A DNA stretch of 38,346 nt, taken from assembly GCA_051747585.1 (NCBI GenBank), contig JBNJGH010000025.1, positions 1 through 38,346 on the forward strand, read 5' to 3'. Origin of the DNA: Candidatus Rifleibacteriota bacterium. Lineage in GTDB: Bacteria > Muiribacteriota > Ozemobacteria > Ozemobacterales > Ozemobacteraceae. The position numbers were made by a program, and so were the translations under genes. Under the pieces are notes generated by a model that was given only the letters and a program-made list of their open reading frames with translations, was not told the origin of the DNA and ran no database searches. Below are positions 25,819 through 34,843 of this stretch, in pieces. The stretch's first letter is position 1; each line of letters begins with the position of its first letter.

Positions 25819-26999
25819 TTTGCAGTCGGTTCTCCGATATATGTGCTTATATTGGCAAGCAGAATATTACTTTCTTCAATTTTGAAATTTGACTCCCGAC
25901 AATATAACAGATGTTTTTGTGCCGTTTCCAGCCAGTGATTTTCAAACCCTTGTAATTGCCATAATTCAAGTGCAAGTCTGGCAGTCTGGTAGTTCCACAA
26001 ACTGCTTTCAGAATCGCGTTTGTTTATATGTTCATTCCATGCATCTTCCAATCTGACATCAAGAAAAGCAGCTCTACTTCTTTTATTTAAAGTTTCAAAC
26101 CATGGAACCACCAGATCTTCGCTTGTTTGCTTTTCATATGTTTCTAACCCCGCTTTTTGAGCCTGGCCTAAAATAAATTTAACCGCTTCATCGCCACCTG
26201 ATTTATACGCATTGATTCTTGAATCCATTAGATAAAAAGAGAACTCTTTAGTTTTTATCAAGTCAGATTTCCACAACAGATATCTTCTGATCAATTCATT
26301 TTTAAAATTCTTAATTTCCTTGTTAAACCTGACCAGAATTTTTTTATTCCAACCTTCGAGTGATATAAGCTCAGGCTCTGCCTTAAGAGCCGCAAAAACC
26401 TGTTTAACAGCCTTATCTGGATTATTTTCTAACTTTTTCAATAAATCAGTTATTCTCTTATCGATTACCGAAGTTTGCGCAAATTTGGCAGATTGCACAT
26501 GTTTTTCGGTTTTTTCTTTGCTGCGAGACTTTTTCTGTTCTTCAGGAACTTCGAGAGCAGTTAATTTTTTATAGAAATTTGAATACTTTTTATTCCCAGG
26601 CTTCAGTTTAACCGCATATTCTATTTGTACTCTGGCATCTTTCTTTAAACCTTTAGCCAGCAAAGCTCTGCCAAGAAAAAATCGATATGCTGCATCGGAA
26701 GGGTTCTGATTACAAAGCCAGTTAAATCGCTGCAAAGCCTGATCATTTTTGCCCTGATAGAATTCTGCTACACCAAGTAAAAACTGACCTTCGGCAGAAT
26801 TTGCCCTGACCGTTATCAAATCAGCTGCAGCCTGCTCCAACTCCTGCCAGCGTTTCATAGAAAAAGCAAGACGAGCTTTTTCAAGCTTTATATCGTATTG
26901 TGCATCTTTATCGATTGAATAACAAGGTGACAGACAAAATGCCCAAACTGCAAGAATAAATACAATACGATAAATATTTTCATATGTCTTGTTCATCAA
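25815..26999 (-). CDS. Exported tetratricopeptide-repeat protein
   Basis: Signal-like N-terminus. TPR motifs AEGQFLLGVAEFYQGKNDQA and YRFFLGRALLAKG..KDA..IEYAVKLKP. Confidence 0.8.
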   Translation of the reverse strand: MMNKTYENIYRIVFILAVWAFCLSPCYSIDKDAQYDIKLEKARLAFSMKRWQELEQAAADLITVRANSAEGQFLLGVAEFYQGKNDQALQRFNWLCNQNPSDAAYRFFLGRALLAKGLKKDARVQIEYAVKLKPGNKKYSNFYKKLTALEVPEEQKKSRSKEKTEKHVQSAKFAQTSVIDKRITDLLKKLENNPDKAVKQVFAALKAEPELISLEGWNKKILVRFNKEIKNFKNELIRRYLLWKSDLIKTKEFSFYLMDSRINAYKSGGDEAVKFILGQAQKAGLETYEKQTSEDLVVPWFETLNKRSRAAFLDVRLEDAWNEHINKRDSESSLWNYQTARLALELWQLQGFENHWLETAQKHLLYCRESNFKIEESNILLANISTYIGEPTAK

Positions 27000-27046
27000 T
27001 AATTATTGTAACAGGCAAAATGCAGCGGCAGGCAACCAATTTTTAG

Positions 27047-27637
27047 TTATTTTTCTGCGGCTCTTTCGGCCATAATTTTTCCAAGAAGTTCATTTAAAGC
27101 AGCAATATTTTTTCCTGTTTCTTCATAAAGCTTCAATGCCGCTTTCATGGGTTTACTTTCTTTATTTTTCGGACGTTTTTTAAGCTTAAGATCTTCTTCT
27201 ACCAAAACAATTGCCTGGTCTATTTTTTTTAAATTCATTAAAAGTCTATCTGCATAATCTTTTTCAGCACGGGTTACAACCTCATGCCCAAACATCTTAA
27301 CCATTTGAGAAGTCTTTTGATTGAAATGCTTCATCTGCGGCAAATACGACATTGAAACAGGTTCGCCGGTAAAATGTATGGCATTTATAGTCCATTGCAT
27401 ATGTCCAAACGAAGCATGTATAAACATGAAAGAGTCTAACAAATAACTGGCGATAAATTCTTTTTGCTGAACCAAGCCATTGTCTCTTACAGCTGCAAGT
27501 TCATCCTGCGCTGCGGCTGCCTTAGCCAGCCCTTCCTTTGTTGCAATTTCGTTTGCTTCCTCATTCGTGGCTGCAGAAAGCATAAAAACAACAAACATCA
27601 TAACCAGAACCAACACAAAACATTTCTTTAATCTCAT
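27047..27637 (-). CDS. Secreted hypothetical helical protein
   Basis: RBS AGGAG and a Sec signal ending LSA. Confidence 0.75.
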   Translation of the reverse strand: MRLKKCFVLVLVMMFVVFMLSAATNEEANEIATKEGLAKAAAAQDELAAVRDNGLVQQKEFIASYLLDSFMFIHASFGHMQWTINAIHFTGEPVSMSYLPQMKHFNQKTSQMVKMFGHEVVTRAEKDYADRLLMNLKKIDQAIVLVEEDLKLKKRPKNKESKPMKAALKLYEETGKNIAALNELLGKIMAERAAEK

Positions 27638-27664
27638 TTTTTTCTCCTTATTGGATACTATTTT

Positions 27665-28330
27665 TTACAAATCCTGTATTTCTGTAGGAATACGAAAAGA
27701 GGTAGTTTTTTTAACCTTTAAAGAGCGCTTATGCGGGTAGCTTAAAATAAACTCAAGCTCAAGAACCGACATGGATTCCTGTTTATATTCTCGCTTAGAA
27801 GCATTTATTGCTTCCAGATTTTCAAGCAGCTTTTGCTTCAACACAGTATTACCATCTCTGGTCAGTTCGGCCCATAGTTCCAGGCGCTGAACACTGCCTC
27901 GAACAAAGGCCTTAACATTAGTTTCGGTATAGGTATTGGCTGCAGCATCTTTTTTATGGATTGTAAATTTCCATAATGTGTAATCCCCACCAGCACCTGT
28001 GTAACCGGATAAAAGATTGCCACTACCCGAACTTACGATATACAAGGATGAAGTAGCAACATCCGGTGGAGTTATTAAAACACCTTTTGCGTCTGTATTT
28101 AAAGAAACAATTTTATGGGTGGCTGCCGAAAAATACTTTTGCCAGAAAATTTCATTTAATCTTTGTCGATCCATTGCATTCTGTTTCCATGCAGTCACCT
28201 GCTGAGAGCTGTTCACCCAGCTTACGAATTTGGTTACCGATAATATAACCAGACTCATAACGGAGACAGTTACAAGAAGTTCGACAAGGGTAAAACCTAT
28301 TTTTGCTTTTAATTCTGATTTTTTATTCAT
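27665..28330 (-). CDS. Type IV minor pilin / pseudopilin (PilW/GspJ-like)
   Basis: Class III signal KIG|FTLVELLV with Glu5. Confidence 0.9.
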   Translation of the reverse strand: MNKKSELKAKIGFTLVELLVTVSVMSLVILSVTKFVSWVNSSQQVTAWKQNAMDRQRLNEIFWQKYFSAATHKIVSLNTDAKGVLITPPDVATSSLYIVSSGSGNLLSGYTGAGGDYTLWKFTIHKKDAAANTYTETNVKAFVRGSVQRLELWAELTRDGNTVLKQKLLENLEAINASKREYKQESMSVLELEFILSYPHKRSLKVKKTTSFRIPTEIQDL

Positions 28331-28847
28331 ATTTCTTCATCTGAATAGTTACATTCATGGTAACTTCGTTTTTCACATCAAATGATTTTAAAGTTTCTGA
28401 GGTTGCTTGTGCCGTAACTCTGATGTAATCCTCGGTGTAACCAACGCTTACAGCTCCCGCCGCCTTTCGCAAAGCTAATCTTTCAATGCTTGTAACTTCG
28501 GCAATTCTATCAGGGCTCATAGTTGCAAACTCATTATCAAGAATCTGCAAATTCAGATCTTCAAGAAATTTATCGTAGAGTTCTGCCGTTCTGCTCGCAG
28601 CCGGAACATCATCTCTATATTTAAAAGCCTTGTAAAGCTCTGTGGGATTTGTCCTGATTTTAAGCTTTGCGGCTTCTATTGTTGACAGACAAAGAAGTTC
28701 CAGTTGCGTTCTTTCAATGGTAATTTTTTTCTCATAGCCTTGATCTACGGATCGATTTAACAAAAAAACGGCAAAAATCATTGAAGTAGCTATTACAGCA
28801 AGCACTATAACCATGACAATTCCACTTTTTCTGCGCTTAATTCTCAT
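28323..28847 (-). CDS. Type IV minor pilin (PilX/GspK-like)
   Basis: KRRKSG|IVMVIVLAVI, a class III signal without Glu5. Confidence 0.75.
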   Translation of the reverse strand: MRIKRRKSGIVMVIVLAVIATSMIFAVFLLNRSVDQGYEKKITIERTQLELLCLSTIEAAKLKIRTNPTELYKAFKYRDDVPAASRTAELYDKFLEDLNLQILDNEFATMSPDRIAEVTSIERLALRKAAGAVSVGYTEDYIRVTAQATSETLKSFDVKNEVTMNVTIQMKKYE

Positions 28848-29362
28848 CCCAGCTCCGCCTTATAAACGAACAAACTTATTATTTCTGTTTTGCCGGACAT
28901 CTTTGATTTCCAGCGCACTTCCATTTCAAGTCTGACAAATCTTTTGTACATACTGAAATTTGCAGACTCACCCGGAGCGGTCATTGTGCTAAAAAAGAAA
29001 TCGTCTGGACCGGTTGTCCTGGTAACATACTTACTGTGCAATCTATAAGAAAAAGTGTTGCCGTTAATGACTTCGCTTGAAGGAATATGTATTTGGTTAT
29101 CCGTACTTGAACCGTATGTTTTATCCAGCTCGACCGGAATCCCCAATGGGACATCCCGAAAAGGAAGTCCCATAAGAGATCTCAGGTATCCTGAACTACT
29201 GTGCATTGCCGCAAGAAAATCGGCATTTGTCTGCGTGTATGTGGTTCCACGACCAAACAGGCCAATAATAGGAATGACGGCAAAAGCGAATATCACTATT
29301 GCCATCATTACCTCTACCAGTGAAAGGCCGGTTTTTCTGCAGGACTGCAAACAAGAGGTCAT
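28844..29362 (-). CDS. Type IV minor pilin (PilV/GspI-like)
   Basis: RKTG|LSLVEVMMAI with Glu5, and a C-terminal V.W strand. Confidence 0.88.
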   Translation of the reverse strand: MTSCLQSCRKTGLSLVEVMMAIVIFAFAVIPIIGLFGRGTTYTQTNADFLAAMHSSSGYLRSLMGLPFRDVPLGIPVELDKTYGSSTDNQIHIPSSEVINGNTFSYRLHSKYVTRTTGPDDFFFSTMTAPGESANFSMYKRFVRLEMEVRWKSKMSGKTEIISLFVYKAELG

Positions 29363-32300
29363 TTATTTTATATTTGATCTTTCTGCTTCGGTATTAGATT
29401 CAAGAACACGTATCTGATACTTACTTGGAATAATTGGAAAGTCAAGAAACAATTCCCGGGTATTGCCCTCGAGATCTTTAACCTCGAGATAGAAGGTATT
29501 GTCGCCGCTTGATTTACTACCCGCACTGTTCTTAAGTCCTGTATCTACATCAGCATTACCAACACGGAATATATAAGACAGGGGCGTGTTTTCGTCATGA
29601 TTCAGCAGACGCAGGGGCGCAACATCATTTCGCGAACCTACCGGAATATCTTCAAGCTCGTTATTGTAAGGCACTTCATATTCGTCGATCGTATCTTCGA
29701 CAAATTTATAATAGATTTTGCTGAAATTCTTGTCGGCAACCACCTTACCATCTGGCGCATAAGTATCATCCTGTCTGAAGAGAATGTTGTCTCTTACAGA
29801 AATATCGAAGACAATAACTTCATCTTCTGCGAATCCTGGTGCATCAGGATTTGCAAGATTAAATTTTGCTTTAATATCGTTATCAGAAAGCTCAATTCTT
29901 AAATCATCATATTTTGAAGCATTGCTTTCAGTCACATCTTTATTTGCTGAATTATCCAGAGATTGATTGCGATCATAACTGTAGCCTGCCACTTCAAAGG
30001 CACTACTAAAGTTGCCACCGACAAATTTCTGATCTGAAGTTTTGTAAGGATGACACCAGGAACTGAGCAAACCGGTTTTAGAGGCCTTAACCCGTGCTTT
30101 AACGGCATCAGACGCCCAGTCTAATCGTCCAAACGGCTGACTGGTCGGGCCAAGCGGTGTGTCGTCTTTAATATCATCCAGATCATCCAGGGTTCCATCA
30201 TCCGGAACCGGGCGATATTTGGCTGAAGCAAGGCGCAAATCAAGATTAGGTCGTTTGTTATCGACAACTTTAAAATACCCCTCTTTACGGGTATAGTTAC
30301 GCGAACCATCTTCAACTTCGATTATATACTTGATTTTACCGGCTATATAAGGCGAAATTCTATGCCTTATGGTCATTTCCTGATTACCTTTTGTTCCAAG
30401 GTCATCAGAAGTTGCCGGCTTATGTAATGCTATTTTATGACCATCTACACGCTCTATGTTAAAGTTGGCAACATCGCCGTCTATGTCGCCATCTGGCGCG
30501 GACAACAACTTGTTAGCAACTGTTGGCAGCAGCATTGGGAACTGATAACCGCCTTTAATCGTGGTAAACTGTTTGGTTCCCATGTTGATCTGCTGCATCC
30601 AGAATCTTGGATACCAGTAACGACGGGTGCCACCATTTTTCAAACCATCGTTTGGTCCGTGGCCGGGATGATTGTCTGTTATTCTGAACTTATAAAGAGT
30701 TTCATCACCACTGTTAGCATGAATAACATTGCTGGCAGCAGCCTGAAATCCTCCTGTGCCATTGAACTCTTCTATAAAGAGCGAAGGCGGAGTAACATCG
30801 ACCGAGAATGATTTTCTTTTCCAGGTGTAGGTCATTGGTGTGTCTACATAGCTAATTTTACCATCACTGTCATTAACCGAGAATGTTCGTTTGGTACAGC
30901 TAAGCACTATTTCGGTTTCGTAATTCTGATCTGGGAAAGTCGGTTCAGGAAAGCCATAGGAAAACTCAGATCTGAATGTCGCAACTTTAAGCTCCTGATA
31001 TCTTCCGCCAATTTTTACAAGATAGGTGTCCATCTGAGTTTCATTAATATTTGAAGTACCCTCAGCACCAAGGCTGGGCGCATAATCAAACTCGCGCACC
31101 TTACTTCTGGTTCCATTTACTAATTCTCGATAAACATTAATTTTCACATTTACCGGAGATTCAAGCAGAACACCGCTGTAAGCCTCCAGGTGATCTTGAT
31201 TCAGAGCATTCGCAGTGTTCAAATCAGAGACCTCATTAACCTTTCTCGAGAACTTGATTTGAAGCTCGAGGTCGAAGTCATAATTAGTGGAAGCTTCTGC
31301 ATTTACCAGGTCAAAATTGTTATCTATGTATGTGTTTCCGCTGCCGGTATTATTGATTTCTTTCCAATCATTGTCAGGTAAGGGCATTTTCCCGCTCAGG
31401 TCATAGGCTCTGGTATTGCTGTATGCTTTAAAAGAAGTCGGAAAGTCGCGTTTTCGCAAAGCGGTAGCCTCTGCACCCCATTGTGGTGCATAAGTAGCAG
31501 TATCGCCCGGACCTTCGTAAGCAAGAATCGGATCTACAAAATCTGCAGGATCATGGTCATAGACCTTAACATTATGAGTCAAAACTTCGGTTTTGGGAAT
31601 GTCGTTAACTGCATAGTAAATGATAATACCTGCATAGTCAGTAACCGGAGACACGATTCGTTCTGTATATTTTACAGTATGAATAATCGTATATTTTCCA
31701 GCCTGAAGGAACTCATAGGTAAAGCTGCTGCCTGTTCCGGTGCCGCCGGGCACGGAAGGTGAAACAGCCCAGGTCTGCTCCCAGGTTCCCGGTTTGATGA
31801 TAACATGTTTTGACCCCGGTGCTCTCCAGGTGTTGGGAATATCTTCAGGGACAGAATCAGGACCAGTTATAGTTGTTGGTACATATTTGGTTTCTGTCGG
31901 TGGATAGGGAGGTGTTGGTGGGTCACCCGGGTCATAATTGCCACCGGATCTTGTGAATTTTCGACCATAAGAAAATTGATTTCCAACCGGGTCATAAGCC
32001 CATAGAGTAGGATTCAAATATTTATAGTTATAAGATTCTTTGATTGTATGGCTACTTCCCGTGGCATAGGTTGCAAATTTAGCGCCTGTAGTTACTTTGA
32101 ATTTTCGATCCAGGTCGGTAGCAACCGCATTTAAAGCAGCATAACCGAAGCCCGTTCTATAGACAGTGGAGAGCAGAAAGCCATCACGAGCCTTAACTTC
32201 GCTCCAACGCTTCATGTCGTTCTTGTCAAAATAACCGTTACCATCGGCGTCACCCCTGATGAAAAGCTCGCCCATTACACCAGAGTTGATCGATTCAAGT

Positions 32301-34291
32301 CTACCAAGGCCCCATGGGTCGCCAATGGCATGTAAACAAGCATTTGTATTATGAACTTTGTTGTAGAAACTACCGCGTGGAAAAACCTCGACATATTTGG
32401 TTTTCAATCGACCTATCAAAGTTCCGTCGGGATAATTCATGGTAGTCTTTTTAAAGAGTTGAGCCAGCGAAGGTGTTGCCCTGGGACCAAGATTAGTAAG
32501 GAAATCTGGACCACAAACCCCCGGATCTGTTGTGTAGTCATAAGCAATTGAATGGAAGGGGCGGGCATAATACTTTGATGAAAATTCAGAAGAGCCCCAC
32601 ACATAAAACCACCCCTTATAAGCATTACCCGACCAGTAAAGGTGTATAGGTGCTTTCCCATCCGGTTCGACAACTTTTACCGGGCCAACGAATGCATAGT
32701 AGCTATTTGCAACTGAATTCAAAAGCCTCGTGTTAGATGCATTAATTTCAATATCTGTTCTTAATCTGGCATTGTCGGCAAATTTAGCTCTTATTTGATT
32801 TCCAAGATCTTCGAAAGCCTCCGGGAAGCCGTTGAAAGCGAAATTCCCAACCCAGGTAGTGTCCGCATTGTCTATTTTGCCATCTTCGTTTACGTCTGCC
32901 TCAGGAAAAGCGGCATCAAAAAATTTCTTATCCTGGTTATCAACTTTATCATCATGATTAACATCAAAAATTTTGGTAAAAACGTATTTTAAATCTCCAG
33001 CCAGAGGTTTGCCGCTGGAACTGAAAACAGGCTCACCACTTGAGTTGGTTCTAGCTTCACGAATAAAGCCACGGGCAGTTAAAACCGTTGCAGGGTGAAG
33101 AGGAACATCGAACCCTGCGGGAACGACTCTTTGCCCATCGACGATAGCCGGAGTAGTTACCAGATATAATTTTGCCTGTTTCGGGTCTTCCAGGGCCATG
33201 TAAACCGGGACATCCACCTGGCCGAATCCAAGGTTGGAAAGCATTTTAACAATGTCTTTCATGTGTATCCAGCCATCGAATATTTTGTCGTATTCAATAT
33301 AATATTTCTCTTCATTGCGGTTCAGGCTATGTCTGCCCCAATTGAATCTTAAGCTGACTTTTGTATCTTCAAGACTGGGGTGCCAGACATTTGTTGCATG
33401 CGCATTCCATTTCGCATATGTGGGCATTCTGGGATGAACGTAAGCCTTTTGACTCTGTGAGAGGGTAAGACGGGGTAGATTGATATACCAGCCATAAAAA
33501 TATTTTCTCATTTGCTCGAGAATAACAGTCTTGGACCAATGAAAATCTTCAAGACCTATCTGATAATTATTAATATTCTCTCCCTGAGCGCTCGCACTTA
33601 TTCTTGTGTTTTCGCTTGGAGGATCGTTAGGCCAGTGATAGTCATACACAGGATACTGCCAGGTTTTGTTTCCCCTGGTTCTTTTTACATAAATATTTGG
33701 AGTCCAATAATAGACCTCATAATAGTTATAACAATCAACGACGTAGACATTATAGCTGTAGCATCTGGTGTGAGTCTCTTTATCTTCACCCGAACCTGTA
33801 GTCCATGAATAACAACGCGTTCTGCTCTCCCAATGACCACGATGAACTCTACTATACCAGTAATTTACCAGCGACCAGTCATACCAGTCGTTATAGTGCC
33901 AGGCTGTCAGATAGTTATCTATATCCCAGGTCAGCTTTAAATTATGTCCCGGAGTAATCCTTAAACCAGGACCGGTAAGCAGCTCATAAGAGCCAAGTCT
34001 GTTTGGACCTATATACATAAAAGGTTTTTCTTCGTAAAAGGCGGGCGTAAAGGGAACCAGCTCCATTTTATCTCTATCAAGTTGAAAGTTGGTAGTTAAA
34101 TTCGAGGTAAATCTTCGATGTGGAGTATATGGATAGCTGTCAGGAGCTCTCTCGCGCCGGTATAAATAGCTTGGTTTAGGGTAATGATTAGCCGGATAAC
34201 GATAACAAGCCTCAAGGATATTTGTACCGCTGATTAAAATAAAAAAAATAAATGATAAAAAAAGAATCCTTTTTAACCCAACCTTAGCCAT
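29363..34291 (-). CDS. Large secreted multidomain protein (putative pilus-associated adhesin)
   Basis: RBS AGGAGG and a Sec signal. Tyr/Trp-rich N-terminus, three DxN/DxDG calcium-binding-like loops, a PKD-like segment, and Ig-like modules (DVTPP, DNKRP). Its stop abuts the start of the PilV-like gene. Confidence 0.8.
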   Translation of the reverse strand: MAKVGLKRILFLSFIFFILISGTNILEACYRYPANHYPKPSYLYRRERAPDSYPYTPHRRFTSNLTTNFQLDRDKMELVPFTPAFYEEKPFMYIGPNRLGSYELLTGPGLRITPGHNLKLTWDIDNYLTAWHYNDWYDWSLVNYWYSRVHRGHWESRTRCYSWTTGSGEDKETHTRCYSYNVYVVDCYNYYEVYYWTPNIYVKRTRGNKTWQYPVYDYHWPNDPPSENTRISASAQGENINNYQIGLEDFHWSKTVILEQMRKYFYGWYINLPRLTLSQSQKAYVHPRMPTYAKWNAHATNVWHPSLEDTKVSLRFNWGRHSLNRNEEKYYIEYDKIFDGWIHMKDIVKMLSNLGFGQVDVPVYMALEDPKQAKLYLVTTPAIVDGQRVVPAGFDVPLHPATVLTARGFIREARTNSSGEPVFSSSGKPLAGDLKYVFTKIFDVNHDDKVDNQDKKFFDAAFPEADVNEDGKIDNADTTWVGNFAFNGFPEAFEDLGNQIRAKFADNARLRTDIEINASNTRLLNSVANSYYAFVGPVKVVEPDGKAPIHLYWSGNAYKGWFYVWGSSEFSSKYYARPFHSIAYDYTTDPGVCGPDFLTNLGPRATPSLAQLFKKTTMNYPDGTLIGRLKTKYVEVFPRGSFYNKVHNTNACLHAIGDPWGLGRLESINSGVMGELFIRGDADGNGYFDKNDMKRWSEVKARDGFLLSTVYRTGFGYAALNAVATDLDRKFKVTTGAKFATYATGSSHTIKESYNYKYLNPTLWAYDPVGNQFSYGRKFTRSGGNYDPGDPPTPPYPPTETKYVPTTITGPDSVPEDIPNTWRAPGSKHVIIKPGTWEQTWAVSPSVPGGTGTGSSFTYEFLQAGKYTIIHTVKYTERIVSPVTDYAGIIIYYAVNDIPKTEVLTHNVKVYDHDPADFVDPILAYEGPGDTATYAPQWGAEATALRKRDFPTSFKAYSNTRAYDLSGKMPLPDNDWKEINNTGSGNTYIDNNFDLVNAEASTNYDFDLELQIKFSRKVNEVSDLNTANALNQDHLEAYSGVLLESPVNVKINVYRELVNGTRSKVREFDYAPSLGAEGTSNINETQMDTYLVKIGGRYQELKVATFRSEFSYGFPEPTFPDQNYETEIVLSCTKRTFSVNDSDGKISYVDTPMTYTWKRKSFSVDVTPPSLFIEEFNGTGGFQAAASNVIHANSGDETLYKFRITDNHPGHGPNDGLKNGGTRRYWYPRFWMQQINMGTKQFTTIKGGYQFPMLLPTVANKLLSAPDGDIDGDVANFNIERVDGHKIALHKPATSDDLGTKGNQEMTIRHRISPYIAGKIKYIIEVEDGSRNYTRKEGYFKVVDNKRPNLDLRLASAKYRPVPDDGTLDDLDDIKDDTPLGPTSQPFGRLDWASDAVKARVKASKTGLLSSWCHPYKTSDQKFVGGNFSSAFEVAGYSYDRNQSLDNSANKDVTESNASKYDDLRIELSDNDIKAKFNLANPDAPGFAEDEVIVFDISVRDNILFRQDDTYAPDGKVVADKNFSKIYYKFVEDTIDEYEVPYNNELEDIPVGSRNDVAPLRLLNHDENTPLSYIFRVGNADVDTGLKNSAGSKSSGDNTFYLEVKDLEGNTRELFLDFPIIPSKYQIRVLESNTEAERSNIK

Positions 34292-34565
34292 AAACCCTCC
34301 TGAATCGTTCAGTTATATTAAAAAAAATGCTGGAGTTCACCTTTTGCTCCTACCAACAATTTCGATTTGCTTTTTACTTTTTCCCTTATCTATATATTAT
34401 TATAAGAGTAATTTTTCGGATTGAATACGAAAATTTTTTTTACAAACCCTTATTAGTCAGGCTTTTAGCTGCATTAACTCCGTATTTCAAACACACCAAA
34501 GGTGTTATATCGTATTATTTTTTTTTAAAAAAATTTACAAAGAAATTCTCTTTCGCAAATTCCTT

Positions 34566-34783
34566 AGTTGTTATCCATTTAGTAATATTAGCAAGTTTTA
34601 AGACATTTTTGATTTTTTGTTATGTACTAAAACTTAGGATATCAAAGATTGCTTCGTCGCTACGCTCCTCGCAATGACAATTTGGGGCTGTCATTGCAAG
34701 CAAAGCGCTTGTGCTGAGCGGAGTCGAAGTAAAGCAATCTAAATGTCTTAAAACGTTTTCAACAAACATAATGGAGAATAACT
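34566..34783. mobile_element. MITE/REPIN-like element, copy 2 (inverted relative to 10-228)
   Basis: Aligns along its full length to the reverse complement of 10-228. Termini AGTTGTTATCCATT / AATGGAGAATAACT. Confidence 0.8.
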
Positions 34784-34843
34784 GATAAACTCTAGCTGTA
34801 AATACGGAATTGTTTGCAGAAGTGTTACAATTTTTAAAGAAGA

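Noticed and set aside
2132..33808. Numerous short (60-145 aa) ORFs antisense to or overlapping the called genes
   Set aside because: They lie mostly or entirely within longer motif-bearing CDSs or repeat elements and show no recognisable domains.
34327..34677. 116-aa + strand ORF as an immunity gene or small CDS
   Set aside because: Phe/Tyr/Lys-rich translation of AT-rich promoter DNA that runs into the MITE. It is on the opposite strand to the operon and has no clear RBS.
10..34783. One 34.8-kb composite transposon bounded by the inverted MITE copies
   Set aside because: The enclosed DNA includes core genes (rpmE, thyX), no transposase is present, and the copies have diverged. Independent insertions are more parsimonious.
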